Assembly (NCBI GenBank): GCA_009695205.1
Contig: SIBK01000009.1
Coordinates: 4,964 to 68,963 of the forward strand
DNA length: 64,000 nt
Reading direction: 5' to 3'
Source of the DNA: Pedosphaera sp.
Lineage (GTDB): Bacteria; Verrucomicrobiota; Verrucomicrobiia; Limisphaerales; UBA9464
A program made the position numbers and the translations under genes. The notes under the pieces are model-generated. The model was not told the DNA's origin and did not search any database. It worked only from the letters and a program-made list of their open reading frames with translations. Positions 35,831 to 47,556 of the stretch are shown here, one piece after another (positions within the stretch are counted from its first letter, which is position 1; every line of letters begins with the position of its first letter).

Positions 35831-38800
35831 ATGTCGAAGAATGTTTACCCGTTGATTTCACGGATCCTGCTCGCCGCGGGGCTTGCCGTCGGCGCGGGCT
35901 CGGTGACCCGCGCTGCGGAGGCTCCTTCTGCCGGCAGGGTAAACTTTAACCGCGACGTCCGCCCCATCCTCTCTGACACCTGCTTCCAATGTCACGGGCC
36001 GGACGAGCAGAAGCGCAAAAGCGGCTTGCGGCTCGACATCAAGGATCAGGTCTTCAAACCAGCCAAATCCGGGAAGATTCCGATCGTTTCGGCGAAACCC
36101 GATTCGAGCGAACTCGTGAGTCGAATCGTCAATGCCGATCCGGACGAGGTGATGCCGCCGCCGAAGAGCACCAAGAAGCTCAAACCGGAGCAGATTGAAA
36201 CCCTCAAGCGTTGGATCGCACAGGGCGCCGAGTACCAGGACAACTGGGCCTTCATCAAACCAGAACGCCCCGCGATACCCGCCGTGCACATGCCCGGCGC
36301 CCGCGTCGTGAATCCAATCGATAACTTTATCCTGCGCCGGCTCGATAAAGAGGGCCTCAAACAATCACCCGAAGCACTGACGGAAACGCTGCTTCGCCGG
36401 GTCTCGCTCGATCTGACAGGCATCCCTCCCACGCCGGAAGAGTTGGACGCATTTCTCGCGGAAAAGTCCCCCGATGCTTACGAAAAGTTCGTGGACCGCC
36501 TGCTAGTATCGCCGCGCTACGGTGAACGAATGGCCGCGCAGTGGCTCGATTTCGCCCGCTACGCAGATAGCAACGGTTTCCAGGCGGATGGGTCACGGCA
36601 AATGTGGCACTGGCGCGACTGGGTGATCGAGGCCTTCAATCGAAACCTTCCCTTCGATAAATTTACGATCGATCAGCTCGCCGGCGACCTCCTCCCGAAC
36701 GCGACTCCCGACCAGATCATTGCGACAGGCTTTAATCGAAACAATCGGCTCAACGGCGAAGGGGGACGAATCGTCGAGGAGTGGTTCGCGGAAACCGTCA
36801 TTGATCGCATCGAGACCACAGGCCAGACGTGGCTCGGGCTCACCCTCGGCTGCTGCCGTTGCCATGATCACAAGTTCGATCCGGTGACCCAGAAGGAATT
36901 CTACCAAATCTTCGCGTTCTTCAACTCCTGCAACGAGAGCGGAGTCCTTGAGAGCGACGGCATGAACACCAAGCCTGTCCTCCCTCTTCCGTCGCCCGAA
37001 CAAGAGGCCGAAATGGCAACACTCGACGAGGCGATCAAGGTGGCCACCGCCCGCGTTACCGAGGCTGCCAAGGAACTGCCTCAACTGCAAGTCCAGTGGG
37101 AAGCAACGTTTCGCGAGCAGCTAAAGCCGGGAACCGTGACGTGGGCTCCGCTCGCGCCGACCGCGGTGAAGAGCGAAGGCGGGGCAAACTTCTCCAAGCA
37201 AGTGGACGGTTCATGGCTCGCGAGTGGGACGAATCCGGATAACGATACTTACGTCGTCACCGCACCTCTCGCAGCCGGAACTTTGAGCGGCGTGCTCATC
37301 GACGTCTTCCCCGATCCTTCACTTCCGAACCAGAGCCTCGGCCGTTATTCCAACGGCAACTTCGTCCTCACCAGCATCCACGCAGAAATAAATGCGCCCG
37401 GCCTTGCGCAACCCCTCGTCGCCGACTTCACCCGTGCTGAGGCATCCTACGAACAGAAGGACTATGAGGTCAAACTGATCATCCGTGAGAAGTCAAAGCG
37501 GGAAAAAGGATCCAAGAGCCCGAAGGGGTGGGCCGTGGACGGCAATGACCCGGCAAAGCGACTCCCTCGACAGGCGCTCTTCGTCGCCGGAACGCCGCTC
37601 ACCGTGCCGGCGAATGCCGTGTTAACCGTCGTACTCAAGCACGGCGCGATCGCCGGCCATAATATCGGCCGATTCCGCCTGAGCACCACTTTCCTGCCAC
37701 CCGCCGTTGTGAATCTCGAGGGGGGCAAGGTGCCGGAAGAGATCCGGATCTCGATCGGAACCCCGTCGAAGGACCGCACGGACGAACAGCGAAACGCACT
37801 TGTGAAGTTTTTCCGGGAAAACGCGGATAACCCCGCGAAGCATGCCGAGACGGCGCTCGCTGCCGCGCGGAAGAAGGCCGATGACCTCCGATCGAGCCTG
37901 CCCACCACCATGATCATGGAAGAGCTTCCGAAGCCACGCGAGGCGCACGTGCTGATTCGCGGTGAGTATGACAAGCCCGGCGAAAAGGTCGGACGCGGAC
38001 TTCCCGCATCCCTCCCGCCTCTGCCCGCCGGCGCTCCCCTCAACCGCCTCGGCCTGGCGCAATGGCTTGTCTCTGGCAAACACCCGCTCACCGCCCGAGT
38101 TTGGGTGAATCGCGCGTGGGAGAAATTCTTCGGGATCGGCATCGTGCGCACCACGGAGAACCTCGGCTCACAGGCGGAATGGCCGAGCCATCCTGAGCTT
38201 CTCGACTGGCTTGCCACGGAGTTTGTGCGCCTGGGTTGGAATATGAAGGAGATGCAGAAGCTCATCGTCATGAGCGCGACGTACCGACAGTCGTCGAAAG
38301 TCACAACGGACCTCACAGAAAAAGACCCGGAGAATCGCCTCCTCGCTCGCGGGCCGCGGTTCCGTCTCACGGCCGAACTCCTCCGCGACCAGGCTCTGGC
38401 CCTGAGCGGACTTTTCGTCGAAAAGACCGGAGGGCCCAGCGTCCGCCCTTATATGCCGGCCGGAGTGTGGGACGAGACAAGCGTCTACGGTGATCTGCGC
38501 AATTATAAGGCCGATTCGGGCGAAGGGCTCTATCGTCGCACTCTCTATACCATCTGGAAGCGCACATCCGCGCCGCCAACGATGCTACTCTTTGATTCGC
38601 CGACCCGGGAGATTTGCACGGTCAAGCGTACGCGGTCCAATACGCCGCTACAGGCGCTTGCGCTGCTCAACGAAGCCACGTACGTCGAAGCCGCTCGGAA
38701 GCTCGCCGAACGAATGATCGCCGTAGGCGGCCCAACTCCCGCCGACCGCATCGCGTGGGCCTTTCGCCGGGTGACTGCTCGCAAACCCGACACGGAGGAA

Positions 38801-38989
38801 ATCAAGACGCTTTCCGCCGGCCTGACCAAACGACTCACGCTATACCGGCAGAGCCCCGATGCCGCGAAAAAACTAATCGCCGTTGGCGCAATCCAATCGG
38901 GACCGGAATTCGATCCGGCAGAGCTGGCTGCCTACACCCTCACAGCTAACGTCCTCCTCAACCTGGACGAAACCGTCACACGCGAGTGA
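35831..38989 (+). CDS. PSCyt1 (c-type heme) + PSCyt2/DUF1549 + PSD/DUF1553 protein
   Basis: 1052-aa ORF with a signal peptide and a heme motif, CFQCHGPD. DUF1549 hallmarks: RVSLDLTGIPPTPEE, WLDFARYADSNGF. DUF1553 hallmarks: GLTLGCCRCHDHKFDP, NRAWEKFFGIGIV. Confidence 0.9.
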   Translation: MSKNVYPLISRILLAAGLAVGAGSVTRAAEAPSAGRVNFNRDVRPILSDTCFQCHGPDEQKRKSGLRLDIKDQVFKPAKSGKIPIVSAKPDSSELVSRIVNADPDEVMPPPKSTKKLKPEQIETLKRWIAQGAEYQDNWAFIKPERPAIPAVHMPGARVVNPIDNFILRRLDKEGLKQSPEALTETLLRRVSLDLTGIPPTPEELDAFLAEKSPDAYEKFVDRLLVSPRYGERMAAQWLDFARYADSNGFQADGSRQMWHWRDWVIEAFNRNLPFDKFTIDQLAGDLLPNATPDQIIATGFNRNNRLNGEGGRIVEEWFAETVIDRIETTGQTWLGLTLGCCRCHDHKFDPVTQKEFYQIFAFFNSCNESGVLESDGMNTKPVLPLPSPEQEAEMATLDEAIKVATARVTEAAKELPQLQVQWEATFREQLKPGTVTWAPLAPTAVKSEGGANFSKQVDGSWLASGTNPDNDTYVVTAPLAAGTLSGVLIDVFPDPSLPNQSLGRYSNGNFVLTSIHAEINAPGLAQPLVADFTRAEASYEQKDYEVKLIIREKSKREKGSKSPKGWAVDGNDPAKRLPRQALFVAGTPLTVPANAVLTVVLKHGAIAGHNIGRFRLSTTFLPPAVVNLEGGKVPEEIRISIGTPSKDRTDEQRNALVKFFRENADNPAKHAETALAAARKKADDLRSSLPTTMIMEELPKPREAHVLIRGEYDKPGEKVGRGLPASLPPLPAGAPLNRLGLAQWLVSGKHPLTARVWVNRAWEKFFGIGIVRTTENLGSQAEWPSHPELLDWLATEFVRLGWNMKEMQKLIVMSATYRQSSKVTTDLTEKDPENRLLARGPRFRLTAELLRDQALALSGLFVEKTGGPSVRPYMPAGVWDETSVYGDLRNYKADSGEGLYRRTLYTIWKRTSAPPTMLLFDSPTREICTVKRTRSNTPLQALALLNEATYVEAARKLAERMIAVGGPTPADRIAWAFRRVTARKPDTEEIKTLSAGLTKRLTLYRQSPDAAKKLIAVGAIQSGPEFDPAELAAYTLTANVLLNLDETVTRE

Positions 38990-38992
38990 TCC

Positions 38993-40483
38993 ATGAACTG
39001 CAACGACCCTCTTTTTCTCAGCCTTGACCGCGAGAGCCGGCAGGCGGTCACGCGCCGCACCTTCCTGCAACGGTCCGCATCGGGCATCGGGCTCGCCGCG
39101 CTCGGCTCCTTGCTGAGCGGATCCGCCGCTGCCGAAGCCGTGCAAGGACGGTCAAATGCCGAGGTCGGACTGCCTGGTTTCCCGAACTCAACCCCCAAGG
39201 CGAAACGAATCATCTACCTCTTCCAGTCGGGCGCTCCGTCACAGATGGATCTCTTCGACCCCAAACCATTCCTCGCAAACCGCCGCGCTGAAAACCTCCC
39301 GAACTCGATTCGCCAGGGACAGAGGCTTACGACGATGACTTCGGGACAGACAACCTTCCCGGTCGCGCCGAGCATTTTCAAGTTTGACCAGCATGGGAAG
39401 AGCGGCGCGTGGTTGAGTGAACTAATGCCGAACATGGCGAAGGTCGCCGACGACCTCTGCATCGTGCGATCGGTGTTCACCGAGGCGATCAACCATGATC
39501 CCGCCATCACGTTCATCCAGACCGGCTCCCAGCTTCCCGGTCGACCCAGCATCGGCTCATGGCTCAGCTACGGTCTCGGGAGTGAAAACAAGGACCTTCC
39601 TGCCTATGTCGTTCTCACCTCCTTTGGCACGGGGCGCCGGGATGACCAACCGCTCTATGATCGCCTCTGGGGCTCCGGCTTTCTCCCCTCCAAGCATCAA
39701 GGCGTCAAGTTTCGCAATAGCGGCGATCCCGTTCTTTATCTATCAAATCCCCCCGGCGTGGACTCCGGAACACGCCGGGAGACGTTGGACGAAATTAGCG
39801 CGCTCAATCGCCGTCACTTCGATGTCCTCGGTGATCCCGAGATTTCGACCCGTATTTCACAATACGAAATGGCTTTTCGAATGCAATCGAGCGTGCCGGA
39901 TCTCACGGACATCTCAAAGGAGCCCCAAAGCGTTCTGGATCTCTACGGTCCTGAAGTCAGAAAGCCCGGAACCTACGCGGCAAACTGCCTGCTGGCACGC
40001 CGGCTCGCACAGCGCGACGTCCGATTCATTCAACTTTTTCACATGGGCTGGGATCACCATGGTGGCCTGCCCAAAGCTATCAAGGGCCAGTGCAGCGATA
40101 CCGATCAACCCACCGCGGGTCTCATCCAAGACCTCAAACAGCTCGGTCTACTTGAGGACACGCTCCTCGTCTGGGGCGGAGAGTTCGGCCGCACCATTTA
40201 CTCGCAAGGCACCCTCACCCAGGACGACTACGGACGCGATCATCACCCGCGCTGTTTTACCATCCTTCTTGCAGGCGCCGGTGTCAAAGCAGGCACGACC
40301 TTCGGGGAAACGGACGATTACTGTTATAACATCGTCCGCGATCCAGTCCACGTTCACGACCTAAACGCGACCGTGCTCCATCTCCTCGGCATCGAACACA
40401 CCCGGCTTACGTTTCGATTTCAAGGACGCGACTTCCGGCTAACGGACATTCACGGCGCCCGAGTCGAGGGTCTGCTCGCGTGA
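38993..40483 (+). CDS. DUF1501 (sulfatase-fold) protein, TAT-exported partner of the PSCyt/PSD protein
   Basis: 496-aa ORF starting 4 bp after the previous stop. Twin-arginine signal ([19 protein letters not shown]). Typical DUF1501 blocks: [36 protein letters not shown]. Confidence 0.9.
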   Translation: MNCNDPLFLSLDRESRQAVTRRTFLQRSASGIGLAALGSLLSGSAAAEAVQGRSNAEVGLPGFPNSTPKAKRIIYLFQSGAPSQMDLFDPKPFLANRRAENLPNSIRQGQRLTTMTSGQTTFPVAPSIFKFDQHGKSGAWLSELMPNMAKVADDLCIVRSVFTEAINHDPAITFIQTGSQLPGRPSIGSWLSYGLGSENKDLPAYVVLTSFGTGRRDDQPLYDRLWGSGFLPSKHQGVKFRNSGDPVLYLSNPPGVDSGTRRETLDEISALNRRHFDVLGDPEISTRISQYEMAFRMQSSVPDLTDISKEPQSVLDLYGPEVRKPGTYAANCLLARRLAQRDVRFIQLFHMGWDHHGGLPKAIKGQCSDTDQPTAGLIQDLKQLGLLEDTLLVWGGEFGRTIYSQGTLTQDDYGRDHHPRCFTILLAGAGVKAGTTFGETDDYCYNIVRDPVHVHDLNATVLHLLGIEHTRLTFRFQGRDFRLTDIHGARVEGLLA

Positions 40484-40653
40484 CACGCTACGCGCGAACT
40501 TCCCCCCTGCGGGAGCCTTCCCTGCAGTAGTGTGTTGCGTTGCCCTGAGGTGGGCTCCGAGATCAATTTCCGCACAGGGATCCGTGGGAGTGCAAAGCAA
40601 TCGCAGAAGCGAATAAAGCCCTTGCCTTGAAGTGATTTGACAGGTCGTAACTT

Positions 40654-41796
40654 ATGAACACATCGACCCTGTGTGCTACACCTGCCCGCGTATCGGGACT
40701 CTGAATTGGCGCCCACGATCAAGGACGTGTTGTAACATGCGAGGTACCTGAACCGCGTGTATTTCGGCATCTGCAGACAATACCATGCGGAGAATGGCTT
40801 TAACATATTGAGTGAATTTAAAGAGACTTCCAGGTTCAAGATAATCGATGTGTTATATACGGATTCACAGAATTTGGCGTGGGCCAGGGCTCAAATCAAT
40901 GAAACGCTATTGTCGGATGAGGATTATATATTTTAATTGGACTCTCACCATCGCTTTGATAAAGACTGGGTCGTGACTTTAATTGGAATGCATCAACAAT
41001 TGGAACGGAAGGCCTACAAGCTGCTTATATCGGCATACCTACCATCGTATACACCGTTAAATGACCCGGAAGGTAGAGCCGTGCGCCATGGCAGCAGCAA
41101 TTCGCCTGCTTTTATTCCTATGAAACAATCTATATAACGCCTGCAACATTGATTGACTGGGAAACACTTACCGAACCCGTTCCGTCCAGATTTTTATCGG
41201 GTCACTTCTGCTTTGCCAGGAGTAAATGGGCAAGAACCATAAGACATGATCCTGACATTTATTTCAGCCGTGAGGAAATTAATCTGACTGTTAGATCATT
41301 TACTCACGAGTATGACATGTTTCATCCACATAGGTTGGTTGCATGACATTCAACGATGAGAAAGGAAAGGAGTGAAATGTTAAAATGGGACGATGACGCA
41401 AGGAGGGGCATCCAATGGTGGGTCAAGCAGGATTACGTCCGAAAGAAAATTAGAACTTCGTTTAAAACAGAATCCAACCCCGGGATAGACTTCCGTGAGC
41501 ATGATTTGGGCACGGTAAGGGCATTCGCTGATTATGAAGCCTATGCAGGAGTTAACTTTAAGGAGAGCGCCGTCCAACAATATACCCTGGATAACCACTA
41601 TCCACCCAATCCGAGTGACAGCCCCGGGTTCAAATCATATTATTGTTTTGTGTCAATAGAAAGGAGGAAACTGCCGGGAGATGATTATAAATCGATCGAT
41701 ATTTTTTTTCTTGATCCGGATGGAATCGAAGTATTTTGCAGAACGTTTCAAGAAATGGACTTGCAGCAATTTGTAGAAGGAAGCGGGCCTCTTTAG
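40654..41796 (+). pseudogene. Decayed glycosyltransferase (GlcNAc-transferase-like family), mostly within a low-GC island (from ~40780)
   Basis: Manual translation across ORFs 40937-41137, 41149-41346 and 41356-41796 plus upstream sequence gives AYRDSELAPTIKDVL*HARYLNRVYFGICRQYH...IIDVLYTDSQNLAWARAQI...DYIF*LDSHHRFDKDW...SRFLSGHFCFARSKW...HPHRLVA*HSTMRKERSEMLKWDDD. Lesions: in-frame TAA 40733-40735; TAA 40934-40936; TGA 41344-41346; frameshifts near 40660 and 41140. Family recognition is by eye only. Confidence 0.5.
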
Positions 41797-41977
41797 TATG
41801 AGGAATATTTTCCGCATAACACCAAGGCGCCGGTTAGATTGGTGGCTTTGGCGTACGGTGACGCAAGGGGAAAGGCGGATAAAGTCGAACAGGGCATTTC
41901 AGCCGATGGCGAGATGGAGTTAGATCTATAGAAAGGTCGTTGACGCGCCTTTACCCCCATTTTTCAACAGCCCGCAC

Positions 41978-42727
41978 CTACGCAATCCGCATCGTCAGTC
42001 CACCGTCGATCGTGAATGTCTCGCCCGTAAGATAGTCATTCTTCACCAGTTCGAGAATGACACTCGCCACCTGCTCCGGCGTGCCTTCGCGATGCAACGG
42101 GATGCGCTGGTCGAGGTTCAACGCGCGCTGCGCGGCTGTCATCGTGGCGTGAAAATCCGTCCGCACCACCCCCGGTGCGACACAGTTCACACGAATGTTG
42201 TCGTCGGCAAACTCCCGCGCCAGCGCCCGGGTGAACTGCGGGATCGCCCCCTTTGCCACCTGATACGCAACGTTGGTGACCACGCCGCGGATGCCCGCGG
42301 TGGAGGAGATCAATACGATGGCGCCTTCGCGCTTCAGTTTCAGGTGCGGGATGACCGCCCTGCAAAGATAAAAGATCGCGTGCACATGGGTGTCGAAGGC
42401 CCCGTGCCACTGCTCAGGCGTGATTTCGAACAGTTTCCCATTCACTGGGCCGCCGGCGGAATGCACCAGCACATCGACGCCGCCAAACTTGGCCAACGTC
42501 TCCGCTACGAGCCGCGTCGCCTCGGCGTGTATCGCGCAATCTGCGAGAATCAGTTCGCAGCGCCGGCCCAGCGCCTCGATGCCGTGCTTCACCGACAGCG
42601 CACCAGCATCGTTGCGGCGACCGTTGATGACGACATCGGCACCTGCTTGCGCGAGCGCCAGGGCCGTGGCGGCGCCTATGCCTTTGGTGCCACCCGTGAC
42701 GAGAGCGATCTTACCTTCGAGTTTCAT
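41978..42727 (-). CDS. Short-chain dehydrogenase/reductase (FabG-like SDR)
   Basis: 249-aa ORF with TGGTKGIGAA (cofactor motif), NSAG-like HSAGG, and the catalytic YQVAKGA (YxxxK). Confidence 0.9.
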   Translation of the reverse strand: MKLEGKIALVTGGTKGIGAATALALAQAGADVVINGRRNDAGALSVKHGIEALGRRCELILADCAIHAEATRLVAETLAKFGGVDVLVHSAGGPVNGKLFEITPEQWHGAFDTHVHAIFYLCRAVIPHLKLKREGAIVLISSTAGIRGVVTNVAYQVAKGAIPQFTRALAREFADDNIRVNCVAPGVVRTDFHATMTAAQRALNLDQRIPLHREGTPEQVASVILELVKNDYLTGETFTIDGGLTMRIA

Positions 42728-42851
42728 GAGTGCCGATAGGGTGGCAGCAGTCGCGCCAAAATTAAAGTATCATCCTTTGCCCTCCCCATCCGATGCCGGG
42801 AGAGAACTCACCGAGCTCAAAGTTTGCGCTGTTGAATTACAACCCATTGCC

Positions 42852-43003
42852 GGAATGAGGTTTGCGCGGACTCCTGTCCGCAACTACGGGGCAACGGTTC
42901 TTGAGTGGCGAAGTTCTCTGAAAATGGACGCGAGTTGAGATCATCAACCGCTGCTGGGATGAGATTTGCGCGGACCCCGTCCGCGACTACGGGGCAACGG
43001 TTC
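42852..43003. repeat. Family B hairpin repeat, two units ~104 bp apart
   Basis: GGAATGAGGTTTGCGCGGAC-TCCT-GTCCGCAACTACGGGGCAACGGTTC at 42852-42900 and GGGATGAGATTTGCGCGGAC-CCC-GTCCGCGACTACGGGGCAACGGTTC at 42956-43003. Located in the intergenic space between the SDR gene and the dead DUF1501 gene. Confidence 0.7.
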
Positions 43004-43018
43004 GGGGGTCGGTTTCGA

Positions 43019-44372
43019 TCACATTAGGAAATCCAGGTTGGAGGCCCACCCGCTGCCGAAATCGGCGAGGTTACCAAACACGGACGTCAGTTCGGCATCC
43101 GGAACACCCATCCATTTGGCAAGGGCCGCGCCGAATTGCTCCGTCGAAGTCGTCGGAATGATCGCACTTCGGTTGCCGCTGTCGTCGTCGCCGCCGAGCG
43201 CAAGGCTTGGGAAGGTGCCATAGACGTGGCTACCCTTAACCGCGCCGCCCATCAAGAGGAGGTGGCTGTCCCAACCGTGATCGCAGCCTGAACCGCTCGG
43301 TTGCAAGGGTCTTCCGAAGTCAGAGAAGGTGAAACTCGTCACGCCGTCCGCGACACCTAGTTCTTCATCCGTTGTCTTATAGAAAGCGGCCATCGCCTCG
43401 GCCACATCCTTGAGTAGATCCCAGTGCTGCCAACTTTGCGAACTGTAGATATCAAAGCCGCCGAGCGTGCAGAAGAATACCTGCCGCCGAATACCCGTTA
43501 CCCCCCGCATCTTGATGATCTTCGCCACCTGCTGGAGCTGGTCGCTGAGGCTGCCGCCAGGGAAAGGCGTCGTAATGGTGGCCGAACCTCCCCGCAGCAG
43601 CGCGTTCAAGTCGAGCGCGTCCTTGCGGACCGTGTTCGCTGCCTGCACGAGAGCCAGTCCACTATCGAATTCCAGCACCTGTTGGAGGCCGGTTTTGCGG
43701 GCGAGCGCAGCTGAGGCCGGCCACAGGCTCATACCGCTCACGTCGAGATCGAACCCAGGCAGCAGGCTGGCTGATTGAACGATGTTACCTGTGCAAAACA
43801 GCGCCGCGCCGTTCGTGGAAATCGCAGCTGGAAAGGTGGAGCTCCGTTCATCAAGTGCAGGGCATCCGCCGCGCGTGCGCCCCAACCCGTGCCGCCCGAG
43901 CTCGAGGGAACGCCCGTTTGCATCTGCTGGATCTGGTCCGAGTGCGAGAAGAGGTTCGTGGGCACCGGCACGCTATTCCCAGGAATTGCGTGCGCGTGAT
44001 CGGCTTCACCAACATGCCGACGTTGCCGAGGACAGCGAGTTTGCTCTGAGCCCAAAGGGAATGTACTGCCGTCAGACCGGGATTCAGTCCGTACGGAATG
44101 GCGTTCAGCGTTTCGACGGGCAGGAGAGCGCCGTTGCCATCGGGCAATGTGAGCGAGGCACGGCCGGCCTTGTAGGCGTTAAACTCAGACTGCGTGAGCG
44201 GAACGATGGTATTGTGGCCGTCGTTGCCGCCAACGAGAAAGATGCAGACGAGCGCCTTGTAGTCGGGCGGAGTGCTCTGCGCGAGGGCGTTCATCCAGCC
44301 GAAGCGGGATAGGCGGGTGGTGGCACCGAGGCCGCGAAGCATACTGCGCCGGCTCAAACGGAAATGGATCAT
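43019..44372 (-). pseudogene. DUF1501 protein, frameshifted twice
   Basis: ORFs 43851-44372 (TAT-like start, LVCIFLVGGNDGHN), 43738-44055 (NLFSHSDQIQQMQTG) and 43019-43885 (TLGGFDIYSSQ..., GSGCDHGW) are three frames of one DUF1501 gene, with joins near 44000 and 43860. The usual GGFDTH block reads GGFDIY. Confidence 0.8.
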
Positions 44373-44411
44373 GATGAGGGTCTTTCTAAGTTGAAGTGGA
44401 AGTGGAGCCGA

Positions 44412-47283
44412 TTAGTGCTGGACGGCGTATTGACCGCTCAAGGCGGTGAGATAGAGGATGGTTTCGATGCGGGTCGTGACGTCATACCCGGGCGCCGCTG
44501 CATCGATGAGAACTTGCTTCATCCCGGCTGGCATACGTCCGTAAAGCAGGCGTTGGTTTACGAGTTCCACAAGTTCGGGCATGTCGTTGCCGAGGGCCTG
44601 GAAGGGAGACAGATCGATTGTGAAGTCGCTCCCAGGATTGCCGAGGATGTAGTGGAACAGATTGCCGCGAAGCGTCCCTTCGGTGGGCGAATATATCTGG
44701 AATTCCGGTCCGAACAACGGGCTCTTCGGGACGCGGTAGAGTGGCGAGAACCAACTGAACACGGACAACGGATTGAGTGGAGACTGCGCCATGTAGCTAT
44801 AGAGATAGGTCAGTTGCTCCGATATGCTAAACTGTCCGTTCAACGCCCGCAGGAAGCCGGAGATATGAAGAATCGGCTCCTTGAGACGGCCAGAATTCAC
44901 GGTCGGCGTATCGTTGCGTGCCTCGACGTCCGTGAGGATCGCAGTGACAACGGCTTGCAGGTTCCCACTGGTGCTACTAAAATCTGAGCCACCCGTTGTA
45001 CGAACCCGGGGCTAGGATTGCTCATCACGAGGCTGCGAATCAGCCGCGCGGCAATAAATGGCGCGGTGTTGGGGTGATTCATCACAATGTCCAGAAAGCT
45101 TTCCAAATCCTGCTCGACGGACTGCCCGGCGGGAACCGTGACTCCGAGTATCGTCTTGGCCACCGTGGAATGGTTTTCCGGCCGTGTTTCCATTGGCGGA
45201 CCGTGGTATTCGTTGTTGTGACTGCGAGGCGTGGCGCCCGGAGCGGTTGCGTAAGTCCAACCAGTGAGGGCGAGCGCAACTTGAGCTACCGTATATTGAT
45301 CGTAGGTCGGAATCGCAAAGCCGTTCGCATCGGTCAACAACGTTCCATCGGAGTTCAATCGCCAGAGGCCAATCGTGAAAAGCTGCATCGCCTCGCGGGG
45401 AAAATTCTCGTTTGCCCCCCTGATGCCGGGTTTGCTCGAGTTTGCCAAGTCTAGGAATTTGCCCATCGAGGAACTCCTCGCAACATCCCGCAACAAATCC
45501 TTGTAGTTTCCAAAGGCTTGCTGACTGAGGATGTTCATCCATGGAAGCATGGCGTCCGCGTAGATCTGCTTGTTGGTTGATATGACCACGATCTGGCTTA
45601 GGGCATATATGACCCGCTGGCGAAGCTGGTCGGGCGCAGCCGTATAGTTGTAGAGTGTCCACTTTTGCAGGGCGCCGACGGAATTGTCTGCGGGTGTCGG
45701 AATGACCGAGGCCGGAAGGGAAAACTGCTGCTGAAGATATCCGTCAATGCCCAACTGCTGCACCTCGGCGAGACTCGCCGTCGCCGGGCCAAAGCAGGAC
45801 TGCTCCAGGAACCGCGCCGCGGCGAGCAGTCCGGCATAATCGATCGCAGGCGTCAGGGTAACCGTCGCATCGGCTGAAGAATTTGGGTCCGCGACTGTGG
45901 TTGCCCGCACCGTGACCGTGGACGAACCCGGCATCGCCACCGGAGTGACATAAATACCGCTGCTGCTGATCGTGCCATTGGCAGAACCACCGACCACGTG
46001 ACCGCGGTGTTGGCACTGCCGGTGACCGTGGCGACAAATGCCTTGGTGTTGCCAATCCGCACGATGGCAGGAGTGGGTGCCACCGCTACGATCACCGGCG
46101 GCGGCAGTAGGGTCACTGTGGCGTTCGCGGACGTGAGTACATTCGCCACGGAAGTCGCCCGAACCGTCACGACCGCCACAGCTGGCAGGACGGCGGGAGC
46201 CGTGAAAACGCCGCCCGAGCTGATTGTGCCGTTGCCCGAACCGCCGATCACCGACCATGTCACGGCAGTGTTGGGGCTGCCGGTAACCGTGGCGGTGAAT
46301 AACTTCGTGGTGCCGACCTGCACCGAAGCAACATTCGGCGTGACGGCAACCGTCACCGAAGGCGGTTGGGTGAGCGTCACCGTGGAATTAGCAAAAATCG
46401 ACGAAATGGCGCCAGAAGTCGCGCAGACGGTGACCGTCGCCGAAGCCGACATCAAAGCGGGCGCGGTATATATGCCACCCGACGTTATTGAACCGTTGAC
46501 CGAGCCGCCTACCACCGACCACGTCACCGCTGTGTTTGCATTGCCCGTGACGGTTGCCGTGAAAGCCCGTGAACTGCCGAGCTGTACTGTGGCGGTGGTG
46601 GGCGCAACCGCAACCGTCAGCGTCACTACGGTCACTGGCACAGAAACGCTGTTACCGGTAACCGCGCCCGGGCCCGGCTGACGCACGGTGAACAGGATCG
46701 TGCCGACGGCAGCAGCGTTTTCGGTGGCGACCAGTTTTGTTTTGGAAAAGTAAGTGGTCGGGAGATCCACGCCGTTCGCTTGCGCCTTCGAATCTGGCGC
46801 GAAGTTGTTGCCATTGAAACTTACGGAGTAATTGCCAACCTGCAGTGTCGAGGGTGAAACGCTCCAAAGCCACGAATACGGTCGAATTACGGTCAGGGTC
46901 GTCGTCTTGAATGAGGACGGGTAGGCCGTGCTCTGAGCCTTAATCGTCAGGCCACTGTTTGCTGGCGCCTTGGCGGGGGCCTGATACAGGCCGGCGGGAC
47001 TGATCGTGCCGCAGGTGGCATCGCCGCCCAATTTGTTGTTCACCCACCATGTGATCGTGTTCGGTGTGATCGGCACGTAGGCGCCGAACTGCTTTGTTGT
47101 GCCGATTTCCACCGTACTATTCGCGGGCCAAACATCCATAGAGCCAGACACCTGCGCCCAGAGTGAGTTTCCTCCGAACGCGCAGATCGCGAGTGCCATC
47201 CACGCCAGCATCGACCGGAGCGGCTTCCGTCCGGAAAGGGGGTTGGTCATGGAACCGTGAGTCAGCGAAAAGAGGAAGTTCAT
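44412..47283 (-). pseudogene. Signal peptide + Big_2-type Ig-like repeats + DUF1800 protein, frameshifted
   Basis: ORFs 45853-47316, 44897-46258 and 44412-44900. There are three ~90-aa Ig-like repeats (FTATVTG..NTAVTWSV.GGS.NG.I.S.G.Y.AP), then DUF1800 (FLEQSCFGPA, ENFPREAMQLFTIG, NPSPGFVQRVAQI, GRLKEPILHISGFLRAL). Frameshifts lie at ~45985-45995 and in the A4 run 44979-44982. The probable start is the ATG at 47283. Confidence 0.8.
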
Positions 47284-47556
47284 AGGGCGACGAGAGATTC
47301 CGAAACGTGAGGACAAGGCAATGGGTTGTTCGACGGTTATTTCTTAGCCGATGAAGAATCCGTTTAACAATACTACTATTAGCGTAGCTACTATGTAGTA
47401 GTGCCTCAAAAAAAGAGGTAGTTGAGGCGTAGAGTGACTGCCGGATTGGAGCGATTGGAGGACACTAGAAGGCAGAGGGTGTCGCTCGTTAGTCGCTCGA
47501 CCACCGGCTGCAGGCTTGCTACGCGGCGGGCTGCTAAGGCACTAATCTCGTCCAAC

